Source: Opitutales bacterium
GTDB taxonomy: Bacteria; Verrucomicrobiota; Verrucomicrobiia; Opitutales; JABSRG01
DNA: 64,000 bases
Direction: 5' to 3'
Assembly (NCBI GenBank): GCA_049599475.1
Contig: JBMYOQ010000013.1
Span: 1-64,000, forward strand
The number at the start of each line of letters is the position of its first letter. The first letter of the stretch is position 1. The translations under genes and the position numbers were made by a program. The notes under the pieces are model-generated. The model was not told where the DNA came from. It made no database searches and saw only the letters and a list, made by a program, of their open reading frames with translations. This document shows positions 39,720 to 51,286 of this stretch, one piece after another.

Positions 39720-41849
39720 ATGGATTATTCCTCACTTTCGAACGTCTTTCGGCTACTCCCAATAGCAATATTGCTTTTCGGATCGATATCTTCGGCCCAA
39801 GAAGGCGCCCCCGTCGAGCAACCATACGTCACCGCGCGCTTGGTCGCAGACACACCTCAGATCTCTCTAGGACAGACATTCTATCTTGGAGTTGAATATA
39901 AGATGGAGGAAGCCTGGCATATTTATTGGAAAAACCCAGGCGACACCGGTATCCCCACCGAGATAAAATGGGAGCTTCCCGATGGCTTTACCGCCGGTCC
40001 TCTAAAATGGCCGACTCCTAAACGCTATCTCATGGGCGGCCTAATGAACTACGTGCATGAGGGGACCGTGATTTTGATGTCGGAAATTCAGGCTCCGGCC
40101 TCTCTGGACGGCGGCAGCTCCTTCACCTTCAAAGCGCGCTCCGACTGGCTCGTCTGCAAAGATATCTGCGTGCCCGGCGGAGCAGACCTTGAGCTCACTC
40201 TAGAGAGCGGGAACAACAGCGACACAGCTCCAGCACTCGCCGCAGCGTTCGAAGCAAACCAAGCTAACTGGCCTGGGGATTCGGCAGACTCAGGCATCGA
40301 AGTCACCGCATACACCCAGGCCGATTCCGTCTATCTCGTCATCAATTCTGAGAAACTCAGCCCATCAGACCTATATTTTTTCGAAGATAATACACTTAGC
40401 CTCGATCCCAGCGGCTACCCCCTTTCCCCAGTCGTCGATTCAAACGCCCAACAACCTTTAACAAACGAAGGGTCACAAATTCTCATGACGCTTACCAAGA
40501 GCGAATGGGGACCTGAATCTTTTGGCCAAATCGGCGGAGTCCTAGAAAGCGAGCAAGGTAGCTTCTTCTTCCAAACAGAGGTATTGCCCGGGCCACCCGT
40601 TTCGTCGGTGACACCTGCGGAGAGCCCTGCCGAGCCGTTCACCTCGATCCTTATCTACGCATTCGTTGGCGGTCTTATTCTCAATCTCATGCCATGCGTG
40701 TTCCCAGTAATCGGCATAAAAATCATGGGCTTCGTGAATCAAGCTGGGGAGGATCGAAAAAAGATCATCGCTCACGGAGTTATTTTCACCGCCGGAGTCC
40801 TCGTTTCGTTTTGGATACTCGCGTTCATTTTCATCGGTGTCCGAGCTGGCGGCGAAACTCTCGGGTGGGGGTTCCAGTTTTTCGACCCAGCGATGCCCTA
40901 CATATTAGCCATCGTCTTTCTGGTTTTCGCCATGAATTTGAGCGGTGTGTTCGAAATTGGGACCTCTGTCATGAGTGTCGGACAAGGCCTATCCAGCAAA
41001 TCTGGACTGGTCGGCACCTTTTTCAGCGGAGCTCTCGCGACCCTGGTGTCCACCCCCTGTAGCGGCCCCTACCTCGCGCCCGCACTCGGCGCCATCGCGA
41101 CGCTTCCCGACATTTCCGCATTCATGGTGTTCACCTTCATTGCGATTGGACTGTCTACACCCTACCTGGCCCTATCAATTTTTCCAGGTCTGGTTAAGCG
41201 ACTCCCGAGACCCGGCGCCTGGATGGAAAGCTTCAAGCAATTCATGGCCTTCCTGCTCTATGGAGCCGCAGCGGTGATGTTTGCGGTGTTCACTGGCTTG
41301 GTAGAAAAGAATGAGGCTATGGACTCCGACACATCCCTATTCGGCGCAGTGTCGATAACGCTCGTAGCCATGGGAGTGTGGATTTACGGCCGGTGGGCTG
41401 CTCCTCATAAGACCGCCAAGAGTAAGCTGATCGCTAAGGCGCTGGCATGCGTTCTCGTCATTGGCGGCTCGGTATTCGGCTTCCCTCGAGAGAGTCAATT
41501 GACCTGGGAAACCTGGTCGGCTGAGCGCATAAAACAGGCCCAAGAAGCTGGAGACACCGTCTACGTAGATTTCACAGCGTCCTGGTGCCTCACCTGCCAA
41601 ACCAATAAGAAATTTGCGCTGGGCACCCAGAAAGTCATCGAACACATACTCGATGAAAACATCCTCCTGCTCAAAGCCGATTGGACCGATTTCGACCAAT
41701 CAATCACCGACGAATTGGCGCGCTTTCAGCGAAACGCGGTACCGTTTAATCTCGTCTACGGTCCCGGACTTGAGGAGCCCCTCATCCTCCCAGAAGTGCT
41801 CACACCCGGTATTATTTTGGACGCTTTCGAAGACGCCCAGAACCCCTAA
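39720..41849 (+). CDS. dsbD: Thiol:disulfide interchange protein DsbD family
   Basis: WHIYWKNPGD, LVC..IC.P, LNLMPCVFP, TPCSGP, thioredoxin WCLTC. Confidence 0.92.
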   Translation: MDYSSLSNVFRLLPIAILLFGSISSAQEGAPVEQPYVTARLVADTPQISLGQTFYLGVEYKMEEAWHIYWKNPGDTGIPTEIKWELPDGFTAGPLKWPTPKRYLMGGLMNYVHEGTVILMSEIQAPASLDGGSSFTFKARSDWLVCKDICVPGGADLELTLESGNNSDTAPALAAAFEANQANWPGDSADSGIEVTAYTQADSVYLVINSEKLSPSDLYFFEDNTLSLDPSGYPLSPVVDSNAQQPLTNEGSQILMTLTKSEWGPESFGQIGGVLESEQGSFFFQTEVLPGPPVSSVTPAESPAEPFTSILIYAFVGGLILNLMPCVFPVIGIKIMGFVNQAGEDRKKIIAHGVIFTAGVLVSFWILAFIFIGVRAGGETLGWGFQFFDPAMPYILAIVFLVFAMNLSGVFEIGTSVMSVGQGLSSKSGLVGTFFSGALATLVSTPCSGPYLAPALGAIATLPDISAFMVFTFIAIGLSTPYLALSIFPGLVKRLPRPGAWMESFKQFMAFLLYGAAAVMFAVFTGLVEKNEAMDSDTSLFGAVSITLVAMGVWIYGRWAAPHKTAKSKLIAKALACVLVIGGSVFGFPRESQLTWETWSAERIKQAQEAGDTVYVDFTASWCLTCQTNKKFALGTQKVIEHILDENILLLKADWTDFDQSITDELARFQRNAVPFNLVYGPGLEEPLILPEVLTPGIILDAFEDAQNP

Positions 41850-42283
41850 CTCAGATAAACCAGCTGCTCTTCTCTAGGCTCTTTCTTGAAATAGAGCACG
41901 AAGGTGTCGCTCTTTTCATAAGGAGTGTAGGGAGCTAGGAATTCGACAAACCACGTATTCCCCCGATGGGGAGAAAACCCGGCATCATATATCCATCCGA
42001 CCTGTCGCGGATGCTTGCCTCGCACTTCGAATTCAAAACGAGTCAAGCGAAAGACCTCCGGAGGAAGACGCTCAATCCAGCCTTCAGACCAGTCCAATCC
42101 CGGCGTTATCAAATCTGGGGTCTCTATTCGAAGATTACCATCCAGCCGCAAATTGATCGTCGCCGGGTGACAGGCCTCCAGCTCTGGCAGGTGCTTTAAA
42201 AGAAATGGCATCTGCATCGGGACGGTCTTTGTCGCCCATCCCAATCCTTTCGTGGGCACTCCCTCTATCCTGAATTCCGTCAT
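41846..42283 (-). CDS. Hypothetical protein resembling archaeal CTP-dependent riboflavin kinase
   Basis: IEG...GLG, HPATINLRLD, GWIY...PH...VEFLAP parallel RibK motifs in order. Confidence 0.55.
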   Translation of the reverse strand: MTEFRIEGVPTKGLGWATKTVPMQMPFLLKHLPELEACHPATINLRLDGNLRIETPDLITPGLDWSEGWIERLPPEVFRLTRFEFEVRGKHPRQVGWIYDAGFSPHRGNTWFVEFLAPYTPYEKSDTFVLYFKKEPREEQLVYLS

Positions 42284-42391
42284 CTCCTAAACCAACGACA
42301 AGAGACGCTCCCAATCAATACAGGATATTCTGCAGAATCTTCGAAATCGCAGCTTAGATTACATCTCCCAGGACGACTTATTGTCTCCGGC

Positions 42392-43540
42392 ATGGATATT
42401 CTTAACGACTCCTCGGCAGATAATAAAAAAATCCTGCTACATACCATAGAAGCAAGCACGCTTCCTTACACAGTTGCTAAGCCCCACGGGAACCGCGAGT
42501 TAATCTACGTAAATCCCGCCTTCACCGAGTGTACCCAATACACGTCTGACGAATCGATAGACCGCAACTGCTCCTTCCTTCAGGGTGAGCAGACAGATCA
42601 AAGCGAAGTAGACCGGCTCCGCAAAGGTCTCGACACTTTTACTCCCGTAAACTTGGAGCTCATCAACTATCGCAAGGATGGTACCCCTTTCTGGAATTAC
42701 CTGCGCATTTCACCCGTATTTTCTGACACGCGAGAGCCCATTGCTTTTGTTGGCATCCAGGCAGATGTAAGCGCCCGCCGCAATGAAGACCGCATAGCCC
42801 GCGAACGCCAAAAATTCGAGGCCCTGGGCACGGCTTCAGCCAATATTAGCCACGAGATCAAGAATGCACTTCAGCCACTCTTTCTGCTCAAAGATCTACT
42901 CGAGGACTGGCAAACCCTCGACCCAGCGACCATCGATCGCACCCTCAACGCATTCGGAAGCAACTTGGAAATAGCAGATAAGATCGTCCGAGGGTTCCTA
43001 AAATATTCCCGACAGGGCGAGCAAACTCTCTCAAAAATTAAGACTGAGGCCCTCTTTCCCAGCATCAGCGACTTCCTAAAGAGCGCTATTCCAAACCGCA
43101 TAAATTTCACCAGCCATTTCGACGAACTCCTAGCGGATCATAGCATCGAAGTCCCCGAAACTGCCTTTCAGCAGGTCGTTTTGAACCTCGCCAACAACGC
43201 TGCCGACGCCATCACAAATAAAGGTAGCATCGAGATGCGTTGGAGCAAACGGGCGATCCAGGGCCAGGTAAGCAATCAACAAACGCTCCTCTCCGGCAAC
43301 TATCTCTGCGTCGATATCATCGACGACGGTTGCGGCCTTCCCGAAGGCAAAGAGAGCTCCATTTTCAACGCATTCTTCTCCACCAAGCCTCCCGACAAGG
43401 GCACTGGCATCGGACTATCCGTTTCTCGCGAAATGATTACCGAGTGGAACGGCCACATTTCCGCCCATACGACAAAAGATTGCCGAACTTGCTTTCGCAT
43501 TCTGCTCCCGCTCAAGAAAACAACCCCACACCCGAATTAA
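42392..43540 (+). CDS. LOV-domain (blue-light) histidine kinase
   Basis: YVNPAF...NCSFLQG...NYRKDGTPFWN...GIQ; HisKA SHEIKN; HATPase N box, DDGCG, GTGIGL. Confidence 0.92.
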   Translation: MDILNDSSADNKKILLHTIEASTLPYTVAKPHGNRELIYVNPAFTECTQYTSDESIDRNCSFLQGEQTDQSEVDRLRKGLDTFTPVNLELINYRKDGTPFWNYLRISPVFSDTREPIAFVGIQADVSARRNEDRIARERQKFEALGTASANISHEIKNALQPLFLLKDLLEDWQTLDPATIDRTLNAFGSNLEIADKIVRGFLKYSRQGEQTLSKIKTEALFPSISDFLKSAIPNRINFTSHFDELLADHSIEVPETAFQQVVLNLANNAADAITNKGSIEMRWSKRAIQGQVSNQQTLLSGNYLCVDIIDDGCGLPEGKESSIFNAFFSTKPPDKGTGIGLSVSREMITEWNGHISAHTTKDCRTCFRILLPLKKTTPHPN

Positions 43541-43545
43541 GCCTC

Positions 43546-43926
43546 ATGAAATCAATCCTCATAGTGGACGACATGACAGGCGTCCGCGAAGCCATGACGG
43601 TCCTGCTCGAAGTCGCTGGCTACAAAGTAAGTACCGCTCAAAACGGTGAAGAAGGCTTCCAAAAAGCCGCATCATCGCAGTTTGACCTCATCATTACTGA
43701 CATTCTCATGCCCGAGCTCGACGGCAATGAGATGATCATGAAAATCCGCGAAGCTGCCAAAACAACGCCTATCGTAGCCATGTCGGCTGGCGGTAACGGC
43801 GTCGCATCAGAAGCCGCTCTCAGCCTCTCAAAGGAACTCGGCATCACGACACTCGAAAAGCCTTTCTCAAAGGCTCAGTTGCTCGATTTGGTAAACACAA
43901 TCCTAAACGCCCCTGCCGCATGTTAA
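43546..43926 (+). CDS. Single-domain response regulator
   Basis: [23 protein letters not shown]. Confidence 0.93.
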   Translation: MKSILIVDDMTGVREAMTVLLEVAGYKVSTAQNGEEGFQKAASSQFDLIITDILMPELDGNEMIMKIREAAKTTPIVAMSAGGNGVASEAALSLSKELGITTLEKPFSKAQLLDLVNTILNAPAAC

Positions 43927-45971
43927 TCAAAAAACTCCTACGCCCGCGTATCAGTGTCCGGATCTTCACGCTCATCGCAGTGATGATCGGCGCCATGATT
44001 TACTTGAGCAACACGTCCATCACTCAAATCCGAGCAATCGGAAAAGAGATGGAGGATATTGCCGAACGTGATTTACCGCTCACTCAAGCCCTTGAGCACG
44101 TGACGGTTCACGAGCTCGAGCTGCAAATTCATTTTGAAAAAGCCCTTAGACTCGGCCTCGAAGATTCCCAGGAGTCCAAGGACTATTTCGCTAAAACTAC
44201 GAAAGAGATTTCATCCATAAAGGAGAAAATCAAGCAGGAGGTCGAAGAAGTCATTACCATGACTGGGAATGTTCTCTCTGAGGACGTCGCAAAAGCGACT
44301 CGCGATGAATTCCAGTTAATTCAAGATGAGATGTTAGCGATCACTAAAGAGTATGCAGATTACAAAAAGCATCTAGAGACCACGATCGCTCTAATCGAGA
44401 AAGATACTAGACGCTTCACCGAAGGTTACTCGGATGAAATCCATGAGGAAATTGAGATTTCCGAGAAGCTCCAAGAACACCTGGCACATAAGGTCGAAGG
44501 AGTCCTCGAAGAAATTACAAGTTTTACGATTCGCGCTGCCAGAGAAGCCGTCGAGCATGAGCACCACGCAGAGGAAATGCTCGCTTCAATCAAATGGATA
44601 GCCGCATGCATCGCTCTAACCCTTGGCATCATCATTTCCCTCGGTGTCACGCGGCCCGTAGGCAAACTGATAAACGCAATGAAGCGTATCTCAGCCGGGG
44701 ACTTGGATACACATATCCCAAAAACTTTTTTCGACGACGAAGTCCGAGACATGAGCATCGCCATGGAGTATTTCCGTGCACAAGCAAAGAAAGCGAAGGA
44801 GCTGGATGAGAAACAAAAGCTGCGCCAGAGCGAAATCAATCAGCTCATCGGAATCTTCGGATCCAGCATCGGCGGTGTATTTAACTCAATACTACAGTCT
44901 TCCAAAACTGTTGTAGATCGGGCAACAAGTATGAGAGCCTTGAGCGAAGAAAATTCAAATTCTTCAAGCCAGCTTGAAATGGAAGCACGAGACTCGGAAA
45001 ACAACACTTCTGCGATCAATTCCTCCACTCAGCAAATGGCACAAGCAGTCGAGGAAATCAGCACACAAATTAATCGCGCTGCCACCCTGACTCGGGATGC
45101 CACCGAGATGGCCCATAAGTCACAGCAGGAAGTTGTCCGCCTCACAAAGATCGCCGATGAGGTGGGCGCTGTGATCGATCTCATTGGAGACATTGCCAGT
45201 CGTACAAATCTACTCGCCCTCAATGCCACTATCGAGGCTGCAAGCGCAGGCGAAGCAGGCAAAGGTTTCGCAGTGGTCGCATCCGAGGTAAAAGAGCTTT
45301 CAAGGCAAACCCACGGTGCGACCGAAGAAGTCACCGAGAAGATTACCCGGATCCAAGAAGCTTCCGGTGAATCTGAAAAATCGATGAATGAAATCGTCGC
45401 CCTAATCGGCCGTATCAATGAATCAACGACAAACATTGCCTCGGCAGTGGAGGAACAAAGTGCTACTACTTCCGAAATTGCTGACGGTTTACAGATCATA
45501 ACCGGGGCTGCTCAAAACGTCTCAGTGGCCGTTCATTCTATCAACGAAAAATCAGTGGATGTCACTCAGTCCTCAGATGAAGTGCATAGTAATGCCGAGT
45601 CGATGATGAACGAGTCGGAATCGGTTCAACGGGAAGTAGAGATGTTCCTCGGAGCTCTCAAAATAGACGACCTGGACGACAACACCTACAGTTCAAGAAA
45701 GGTCTCCCTTGAAGCATCCATCGACTCAAGCGGAATCAACTGGAAGGGCACCGTAATGGAAGCGTCGACCGCTCACCTCACAGTGAGACCCGCAATCAAT
45801 AGTAATATCGGCCAAAGCCTTAAAATATCTATTGGCAGTTTCGACGAACCCGTAACAGGGCGCGTTTCAAAACGTGATGCTTCAGAGACTACGATCCAGC
45901 TGCCTCTCGACGATAAGAGTATCGAAAAAATGTCGAAGCAACTGGCTAGCTTAGACGCGCTTACGGTATAA
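43920..45971 (+). CDS. Methyl-accepting chemotaxis protein with degenerate C-terminal PilZ-like domain
   Basis: Two TMs, [37 protein letters not shown]; beta-rich tail. Confidence 0.92.
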   Translation: MLIKKLLRPRISVRIFTLIAVMIGAMIYLSNTSITQIRAIGKEMEDIAERDLPLTQALEHVTVHELELQIHFEKALRLGLEDSQESKDYFAKTTKEISSIKEKIKQEVEEVITMTGNVLSEDVAKATRDEFQLIQDEMLAITKEYADYKKHLETTIALIEKDTRRFTEGYSDEIHEEIEISEKLQEHLAHKVEGVLEEITSFTIRAAREAVEHEHHAEEMLASIKWIAACIALTLGIIISLGVTRPVGKLINAMKRISAGDLDTHIPKTFFDDEVRDMSIAMEYFRAQAKKAKELDEKQKLRQSEINQLIGIFGSSIGGVFNSILQSSKTVVDRATSMRALSEENSNSSSQLEMEARDSENNTSAINSSTQQMAQAVEEISTQINRAATLTRDATEMAHKSQQEVVRLTKIADEVGAVIDLIGDIASRTNLLALNATIEAASAGEAGKGFAVVASEVKELSRQTHGATEEVTEKITRIQEASGESEKSMNEIVALIGRINESTTNIASAVEEQSATTSEIADGLQIITGAAQNVSVAVHSINEKSVDVTQSSDEVHSNAESMMNESESVQREVEMFLGALKIDDLDDNTYSSRKVSLEASIDSSGINWKGTVMEASTAHLTVRPAINSNIGQSLKISIGSFDEPVTGRVSKRDASETTIQLPLDDKSIEKMSKQLASLDALTV

Positions 45972-47445
45972 ACGTATCCAATACTTTGGCACTGCTCACC
46001 ACCCCCGGGAGCCCTGCTCCCGGATGAGTGCCCGCCCCTACGAAATACAAGTTCTTCACGTCTTCACTCTTATTGTGAGGGCGGAACCAAGCACTTTGCA
46101 ATAGGGTGGGTTCAAACTGGAAGGCACTGCCCATATAGGCATCCAATTCGGTCTCAAAATCCTTCGGTGTAAAAATCCGCTTGGTCACCAAGTGTTTCCG
46201 GAGATCCGGCACTAAGTGATCTTTTTCCAAGGATTCGAAGATCTTGTCGCAATAGGCCTCCTTAATATCATCCCAATCTTGGCCGCCGCCCAAGTGCGGC
46301 ACAGGACTGAGGACATAGAACCCTTCACAACCTTCTGGAGCAAGCGACGGATCCGTCCGCGTCGGAGCATGCAGATAGAGTGAGAAATCCTCAGCGACTA
46401 TTTTGTTGTGGAAAATATCAGTGAGCAGGCCTTCGTATCGAGGCCCCAATACAATACTGTGGTGCGGCAGGTGCTCGTATGTGCGATCTGTCCCAAAATA
46501 CACAACGAATAAGCTCATCGCATAGCGCATTTTTTCGAGCTTCTTATCCGTCCACTTTGCACGGTGCTGAGGCGCGATCATCTTGCGATACGTGTTCGCG
46601 ACGTCTCCATTGGAAATCACAATCTCAGCCGGAAACTCACGACCATCCGCAGTCTTCACTCCATCTACGGCACCATCGCGTACCTTTATTTCGGATACAC
46701 GCGCATCCAGCTCGATTTTGCCTCCGATGTCCTCGAAGAGTTTCACCATTGCATTCACCAAAGCACCCGTTCCTCCCATCGCAAAATGGACACCCCAGGT
46801 CTTTTCCAGGTAATGGATCATCGCATACACCGCACTCGACTCCATCGGATTTCCCCCGATCAAAAGAGGCTCAAAGGAGAATACCTGCCGGAGGGCCGGA
46901 TCTTTGATAAATTCGCCTACTCGCTTAAATACCGATTTATCCGCTCTCAGCTTGATCAGGTCGGGCGCGACTTTGACCATTTCCCAGATAGAGTGGAAGG
47001 AATGGTCCGCTAGGTCCGTAAAGGCGCGATCAAAAATCTTACTGCTATACTCCAGGAATTCGCGATATCCAGCGACGTCGTCTGGGTTGAACTTAGCGAT
47101 CTCGGATTCTAGGGACTCTTGCTCGCCACGGTAGTCAAACACCCGCCCATCATCGAAGTAGATGCGGTAAAAAGGATCGCACGGTACGATATCCACGTAG
47201 TCCTTGATGTCCTTACCGGCCACCTCGAAGAGCTCGTCGAAGATAAAGGGCACCGTCACAATAGTCGGACCCGCGTCGAAGATAAACCCTTCGTCCTCGT
47301 ATACATAAGCACGGCCACCAGGCTTATCGCGCATTTCTAGGATCGTAGTCGGGTAGCCCTTAGCCTGTTGGCGGATCGCAGCAGCGAGACCGCCGAATCC
47401 AGAACCAATGACAACGACCGGGGGTTTGGGTGCAGGAGAGACCAT
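45961..47445 (-). CDS. crtI: Phytoene desaturase family protein
   Basis: [45 protein letters not shown]. Confidence 0.95.
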   Translation of the reverse strand: MVSPAPKPPVVVIGSGFGGLAAAIRQQAKGYPTTILEMRDKPGGRAYVYEDEGFIFDAGPTIVTVPFIFDELFEVAGKDIKDYVDIVPCDPFYRIYFDDGRVFDYRGEQESLESEIAKFNPDDVAGYREFLEYSSKIFDRAFTDLADHSFHSIWEMVKVAPDLIKLRADKSVFKRVGEFIKDPALRQVFSFEPLLIGGNPMESSAVYAMIHYLEKTWGVHFAMGGTGALVNAMVKLFEDIGGKIELDARVSEIKVRDGAVDGVKTADGREFPAEIVISNGDVANTYRKMIAPQHRAKWTDKKLEKMRYAMSLFVVYFGTDRTYEHLPHHSIVLGPRYEGLLTDIFHNKIVAEDFSLYLHAPTRTDPSLAPEGCEGFYVLSPVPHLGGGQDWDDIKEAYCDKIFESLEKDHLVPDLRKHLVTKRIFTPKDFETELDAYMGSAFQFEPTLLQSAWFRPHNKSEDVKNLYFVGAGTHPGAGLPGVVSSAKVLDTFIP

Positions 47446-47675
47446 ATTTGAGCAGACTGTACAGACCTCGCGAACTAGCAAGCAACAGGAACGAAAATTA
47501 CCCACCCCTCTCGCAAACCAGTAGCATCTCCAAACCCTAAAATAAGCCATACTTATACTAAATGTTTTTTTAATAAATTTAGCTAATCTTATTTTGACCA
47601 TTCATCAGGAATCCGACTCAATAGATACATGGAACCGATCCTCGGTTCCTGCCTTCGGGCTTTCTGCTATTGCTT

Positions 47676-48956
47676 ATGAAAACGACCAAAAATCGTTGGC
47701 TCATCGCTCTATCCGGCGTGGGCATTCACGTATCTATCGGATCTGTTTACGCCTACAGCGTAATGACTCTCCCATTGAAGGAAGCTTTGGGCTGGGAGAA
47801 ATCACAGATTACCTTCGCTTTCAGTATCGCGATCGTTTGCCTCGGCCTCGCCGCAGCATTCCTCGGACAATTTGTTGAGAAACGCGGCCCGCGCGCATCC
47901 GGCATTCTATGCGCTATCTGCTATGGTCTAGGCACCATCGGAGCTGGTTTCGCCGTAAAAATGGAGTCGATGCCTCTGTTCATCGCAACCTACGGAGTCC
48001 TCGGAGGTATCGGTCTTGGTGTCGGCTACATCACGCCAGTTTCTACCCTAGTAAAATGGTTCCCAGACCGCCGCGGGCTTGCTACCGGGATGGCCATCAT
48101 GGGCTTCGGTTTCGCCTCCATGATCTTCGGCCCAACCATGGCAAAGCTCTTTGAAACGGTGGGGCCCGCGAGCACATTTTGGATTCTCGGCAGCGTATAC
48201 TTCGTCCTGATATTCTGCTCAGCTCTCTACATCGCTCCACCACCTAAAGGCTGGAGCCCAGAGAAAAGCTTGAGCGCGAATAGCCCCAACGCTGCAAAAC
48301 CCGCAAGCGCAGACCTTGCACAGCTCACAGTGCCTGAGGCCCTGCGGACGATCCGCTTCTATTTCCTCTGGTTGATGCTCTTTATAAACATCACCTGCGG
48401 CATCGCCGTGATCTCCGTAGCATCTCCTATGGCTCAGGAAATGGCTGGCATGAGCGCCACCGCAGCCGCAGCCATGGTCGGCATGATGGGGCTCTTCAAT
48501 GGTATAGGCCGTATCGGCTGGGCGAGTTTTTCAGACATCATCGGCCGCCCCGCCACCTATATCACATTTTTCGTCATCCAGATTTCTGCATTCATCGCCC
48601 TGTCTAAGGTAAGCAACGGACTGGCCTTCCAATTCCTCGTGCTGCTGATTCTCACATGCTACGGCGGCGGGTTCTCAACCGTGCCAGCCTTCCTGGGTGA
48701 TCTCTTTGGCACCAAGCAGCTCAGCGCAATCCACGGCTGTCTGCTCACCGCATGGGCCGCCGCCGGTATGGTCGGTCCAACGATCGTGACTCAAGTGCAG
48801 GAGCGCACCGGGAGCTACACGGGCACATTAATGGTTTTCGCAGGGCTCTTCGTAGCCGCCCTCATTACATCCATCCTTCTGGTATTCAATATTCGCAAGA
48901 TCCGCGGAGAGGCAGACAAGCACACCAGTCACCTCCCCGGAGCCAAAGCCGCTTAA
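47676..48956 (+). CDS. MFS transporter, oxalate/formate antiporter (OFA) family
   Basis: NRWLIA..VGIHVSIGSVYAYS, KWFPDRRGLATG, CYGGGF, LTAW. Confidence 0.92.
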   Translation: MKTTKNRWLIALSGVGIHVSIGSVYAYSVMTLPLKEALGWEKSQITFAFSIAIVCLGLAAAFLGQFVEKRGPRASGILCAICYGLGTIGAGFAVKMESMPLFIATYGVLGGIGLGVGYITPVSTLVKWFPDRRGLATGMAIMGFGFASMIFGPTMAKLFETVGPASTFWILGSVYFVLIFCSALYIAPPPKGWSPEKSLSANSPNAAKPASADLAQLTVPEALRTIRFYFLWLMLFINITCGIAVISVASPMAQEMAGMSATAAAAMVGMMGLFNGIGRIGWASFSDIIGRPATYITFFVIQISAFIALSKVSNGLAFQFLVLLILTCYGGGFSTVPAFLGDLFGTKQLSAIHGCLLTAWAAAGMVGPTIVTQVQERTGSYTGTLMVFAGLFVAALITSILLVFNIRKIRGEADKHTSHLPGAKAA

Positions 48957-48983
48957 ACCCCAACTTTTGATTAGGTAAACACA

Positions 48984-51272
48984 ATGAAAACAATAGATAG
49001 CAAATGTAGCGCTGCCTGGACCGGTTTTGCACCCGGCGATTGGCAAGCAGAAGTCAATGTAAGAGACTTCATTCAGAAGAACTACGTGCCCTACATGGGG
49101 GACGCAGGTTTTCTCGCCGGCCCTAGTCCCGAAACAACAGCTCTCTGGGAAGATGTCATGCAAGGCATCCGCCAGGAGAATAGTACTAAAGCCCCAGTCG
49201 ACTTCGATTGCGACAATCCGGCTACCATCACGTCTCACGGACCTGGATACATCTCCAAGGAGCTGGAAAAAATCGTCGGCCTACAAACCGATAAACCCCT
49301 CAAACGCGCCATCATCCCCAATGGGGGAATCCGCATGGTCGAGCAATCTTGCGAGGTGTATGGCAAGAAACTCGATCCCGAGGTAAGCAAAATCTACAGC
49401 AAATACCGCAAGACGCACAATCAAGGGGTCTTTGATGTATACACAAAATCAATACGGGCTTGCCGTTCATCTGGAATATTGACCGGCCTACCCGATGCTT
49501 ACGGGCGCGGCCGGATCATCGGAGACTACCGCCGCGTAGCCCTCTACGGGATCGACTTCCTCATGAAAGATAAGATGCGCCAGCACGCATCTTACGAAGA
49601 TAAAATGTCGAACCCCAAGAACAACCAAGACTTGGAAAACCTGATACGCCTGCGTGAGGAAATCGCGGAGCAATATAGAGCGCTTCAAGATCTCAAGAAA
49701 ATGGCGGCATCCTACGATATCGACATTAGCGGGCCAGCTCAGACTGCCCAAGAGGCGATACAATGGACTTACTTCGGCTACCTAGCAGCAGTAAAAAGCC
49801 AGAACGGCGCAGCAATGTCGATCGGCCGCGTATCCACCTTCTTCGACGTCTATATCTCTCGCGATCTGGATGCCTTCAGAATCACCGAGACCGAAGCGCA
49901 AGAGATGATCGACCACTTCGTCATGAAGCTCCGAATGGTCCGCTTCCTGAGAACCCCCGAATACGACGAACTGTTTTCTGGAGATCCTATTTGGGCCACC
50001 GAATCTATCGGTGGCATGGGCCTCGACGGACGCCCACTCGTCACCCAGACCAGCTACCGGATGCTGCACACCCTGTATAACATGGGTCCCAGCCCCGAGC
50101 CGAATCTGACAGTCCTGTGGTCTGAAGATTTGCCACAAAATTTCAAAGATTACTGCGCGCAAGTCTCCATCGATACGTCTTCTATCCAATACGAGAACGA
50201 CGACCTGATGCGCAAGGACTTCGACAGCGACGACTACGGGATCGCCTGTTGCGTGAGCCCAATGATCATCGGCAAACAGATGCAGTTCTTCGGAGCTCGG
50301 GCCAATCTAGCAAAAGCCCTCCTCTACAGCATCAACGGCGGTGTCGACGAAAAGAGCGGCAAGCAAGTAGCCCCCGAAACGGCGGCCCCCGAGGGCGTTC
50401 TCGAGTTCGACGATGTCATGTCTCGCCTCGACGGCCTTATGGATTGGGTGGCACAGCAATATGTGACCGCGCTGAACTGCATCCACTACATGCACGATAA
50501 ATACAGCTACGAGGCCGCACTGATGGCACTCCACGATGCTGAAGTCCGTCGCACCATGGCATGCGGTATCGCAGGCCTATCCGTCTGTGCCGATTCTCTA
50601 TCCGCCATCAAATACGCCAAAGTCACTCCGATCCGCGATGAAAACGGAATCGCCAAAGATTTCCAAATCGAAGGCGACTTCCCTAAATTCGGTAACAATG
50701 ACGACCGCGTAGACGACATTGCGACCAATCTCGTGAAGCGCTTCATGAGCAAGATCAAGGAACGTGTCACCTATCGAGATTCACTCCCGACCCAGTCTAT
50801 TCTCACCATTACATCCAATGTCGTGTATGGTAAGAAAACAGGCACAACACCTTGTGGCAGGAAAGCGGGCACACCATTCGCACCGGGAGCCAATCCGATG
50901 CACGGCCGCGATGAGAAAGGCGCAGTCGCCTCCCTCTCCTCTGTCGCAAAGCTTCCATTTGAAGATGCCCAGGATGGAATCTCTTATACATTCTCAATCG
51001 TTCCAGGCGCACTCGGAAAATGTATCGAAGATCGCCAGACAAACCTAGCCAACCTAATGGACAGCTACTTCGAAAACAACGAAGAGCTCGAAGGCGGCCA
51101 GCACCTGAATGTGAATGTCTTCAATCGAGATACATTGATCGACGCCATGGAACACCCTGAGCAATATCCACAGCTCACCATTCGTGTATCCGGATACGCA
51201 GTACGCTTCAACTCCCTCACAAAGGAGCAGCAGCAAGACGTCGTCACCCGGACCTTCACCGAACGAATGTAG
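48984..51272 (+). CDS. pflB: Pyruvate formate-lyase
   Basis: [33 protein letters not shown], glycyl-radical RVSGY. Confidence 0.98.
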   Translation: MKTIDSKCSAAWTGFAPGDWQAEVNVRDFIQKNYVPYMGDAGFLAGPSPETTALWEDVMQGIRQENSTKAPVDFDCDNPATITSHGPGYISKELEKIVGLQTDKPLKRAIIPNGGIRMVEQSCEVYGKKLDPEVSKIYSKYRKTHNQGVFDVYTKSIRACRSSGILTGLPDAYGRGRIIGDYRRVALYGIDFLMKDKMRQHASYEDKMSNPKNNQDLENLIRLREEIAEQYRALQDLKKMAASYDIDISGPAQTAQEAIQWTYFGYLAAVKSQNGAAMSIGRVSTFFDVYISRDLDAFRITETEAQEMIDHFVMKLRMVRFLRTPEYDELFSGDPIWATESIGGMGLDGRPLVTQTSYRMLHTLYNMGPSPEPNLTVLWSEDLPQNFKDYCAQVSIDTSSIQYENDDLMRKDFDSDDYGIACCVSPMIIGKQMQFFGARANLAKALLYSINGGVDEKSGKQVAPETAAPEGVLEFDDVMSRLDGLMDWVAQQYVTALNCIHYMHDKYSYEAALMALHDAEVRRTMACGIAGLSVCADSLSAIKYAKVTPIRDENGIAKDFQIEGDFPKFGNNDDRVDDIATNLVKRFMSKIKERVTYRDSLPTQSILTITSNVVYGKKTGTTPCGRKAGTPFAPGANPMHGRDEKGAVASLSSVAKLPFEDAQDGISYTFSIVPGALGKCIEDRQTNLANLMDSYFENNEELEGGQHLNVNVFNRDTLIDAMEHPEQYPQLTIRVSGYAVRFNSLTKEQQQDVVTRTFTERM

Positions 51273-51286
51273 AAAGGTAAATACTC

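Noticed and set aside
39218..39895. 225-aa plus-strand ORF
   Set aside because: Shadow ORF overlapping the OprM-like gene and dsbD, with no motifs
43240..43545. Long N-terminal extension of the response regulator
   Set aside because: Out-of-frame overlap with the kinase; the receiver starts at ATG 43546
47594..47608. Possible FNR box upstream of OFA-pflBA (TTGAC-N5-ATCAG)
   Set aside because: Spacing and two positions deviate from TTGAT-N4-ATCAA
47600..47675. ZTP (pfl) riboswitch upstream of the pfl operon
   Set aside because: Only two short hairpins; the conserved ZTP aptamer motifs are not recognisable
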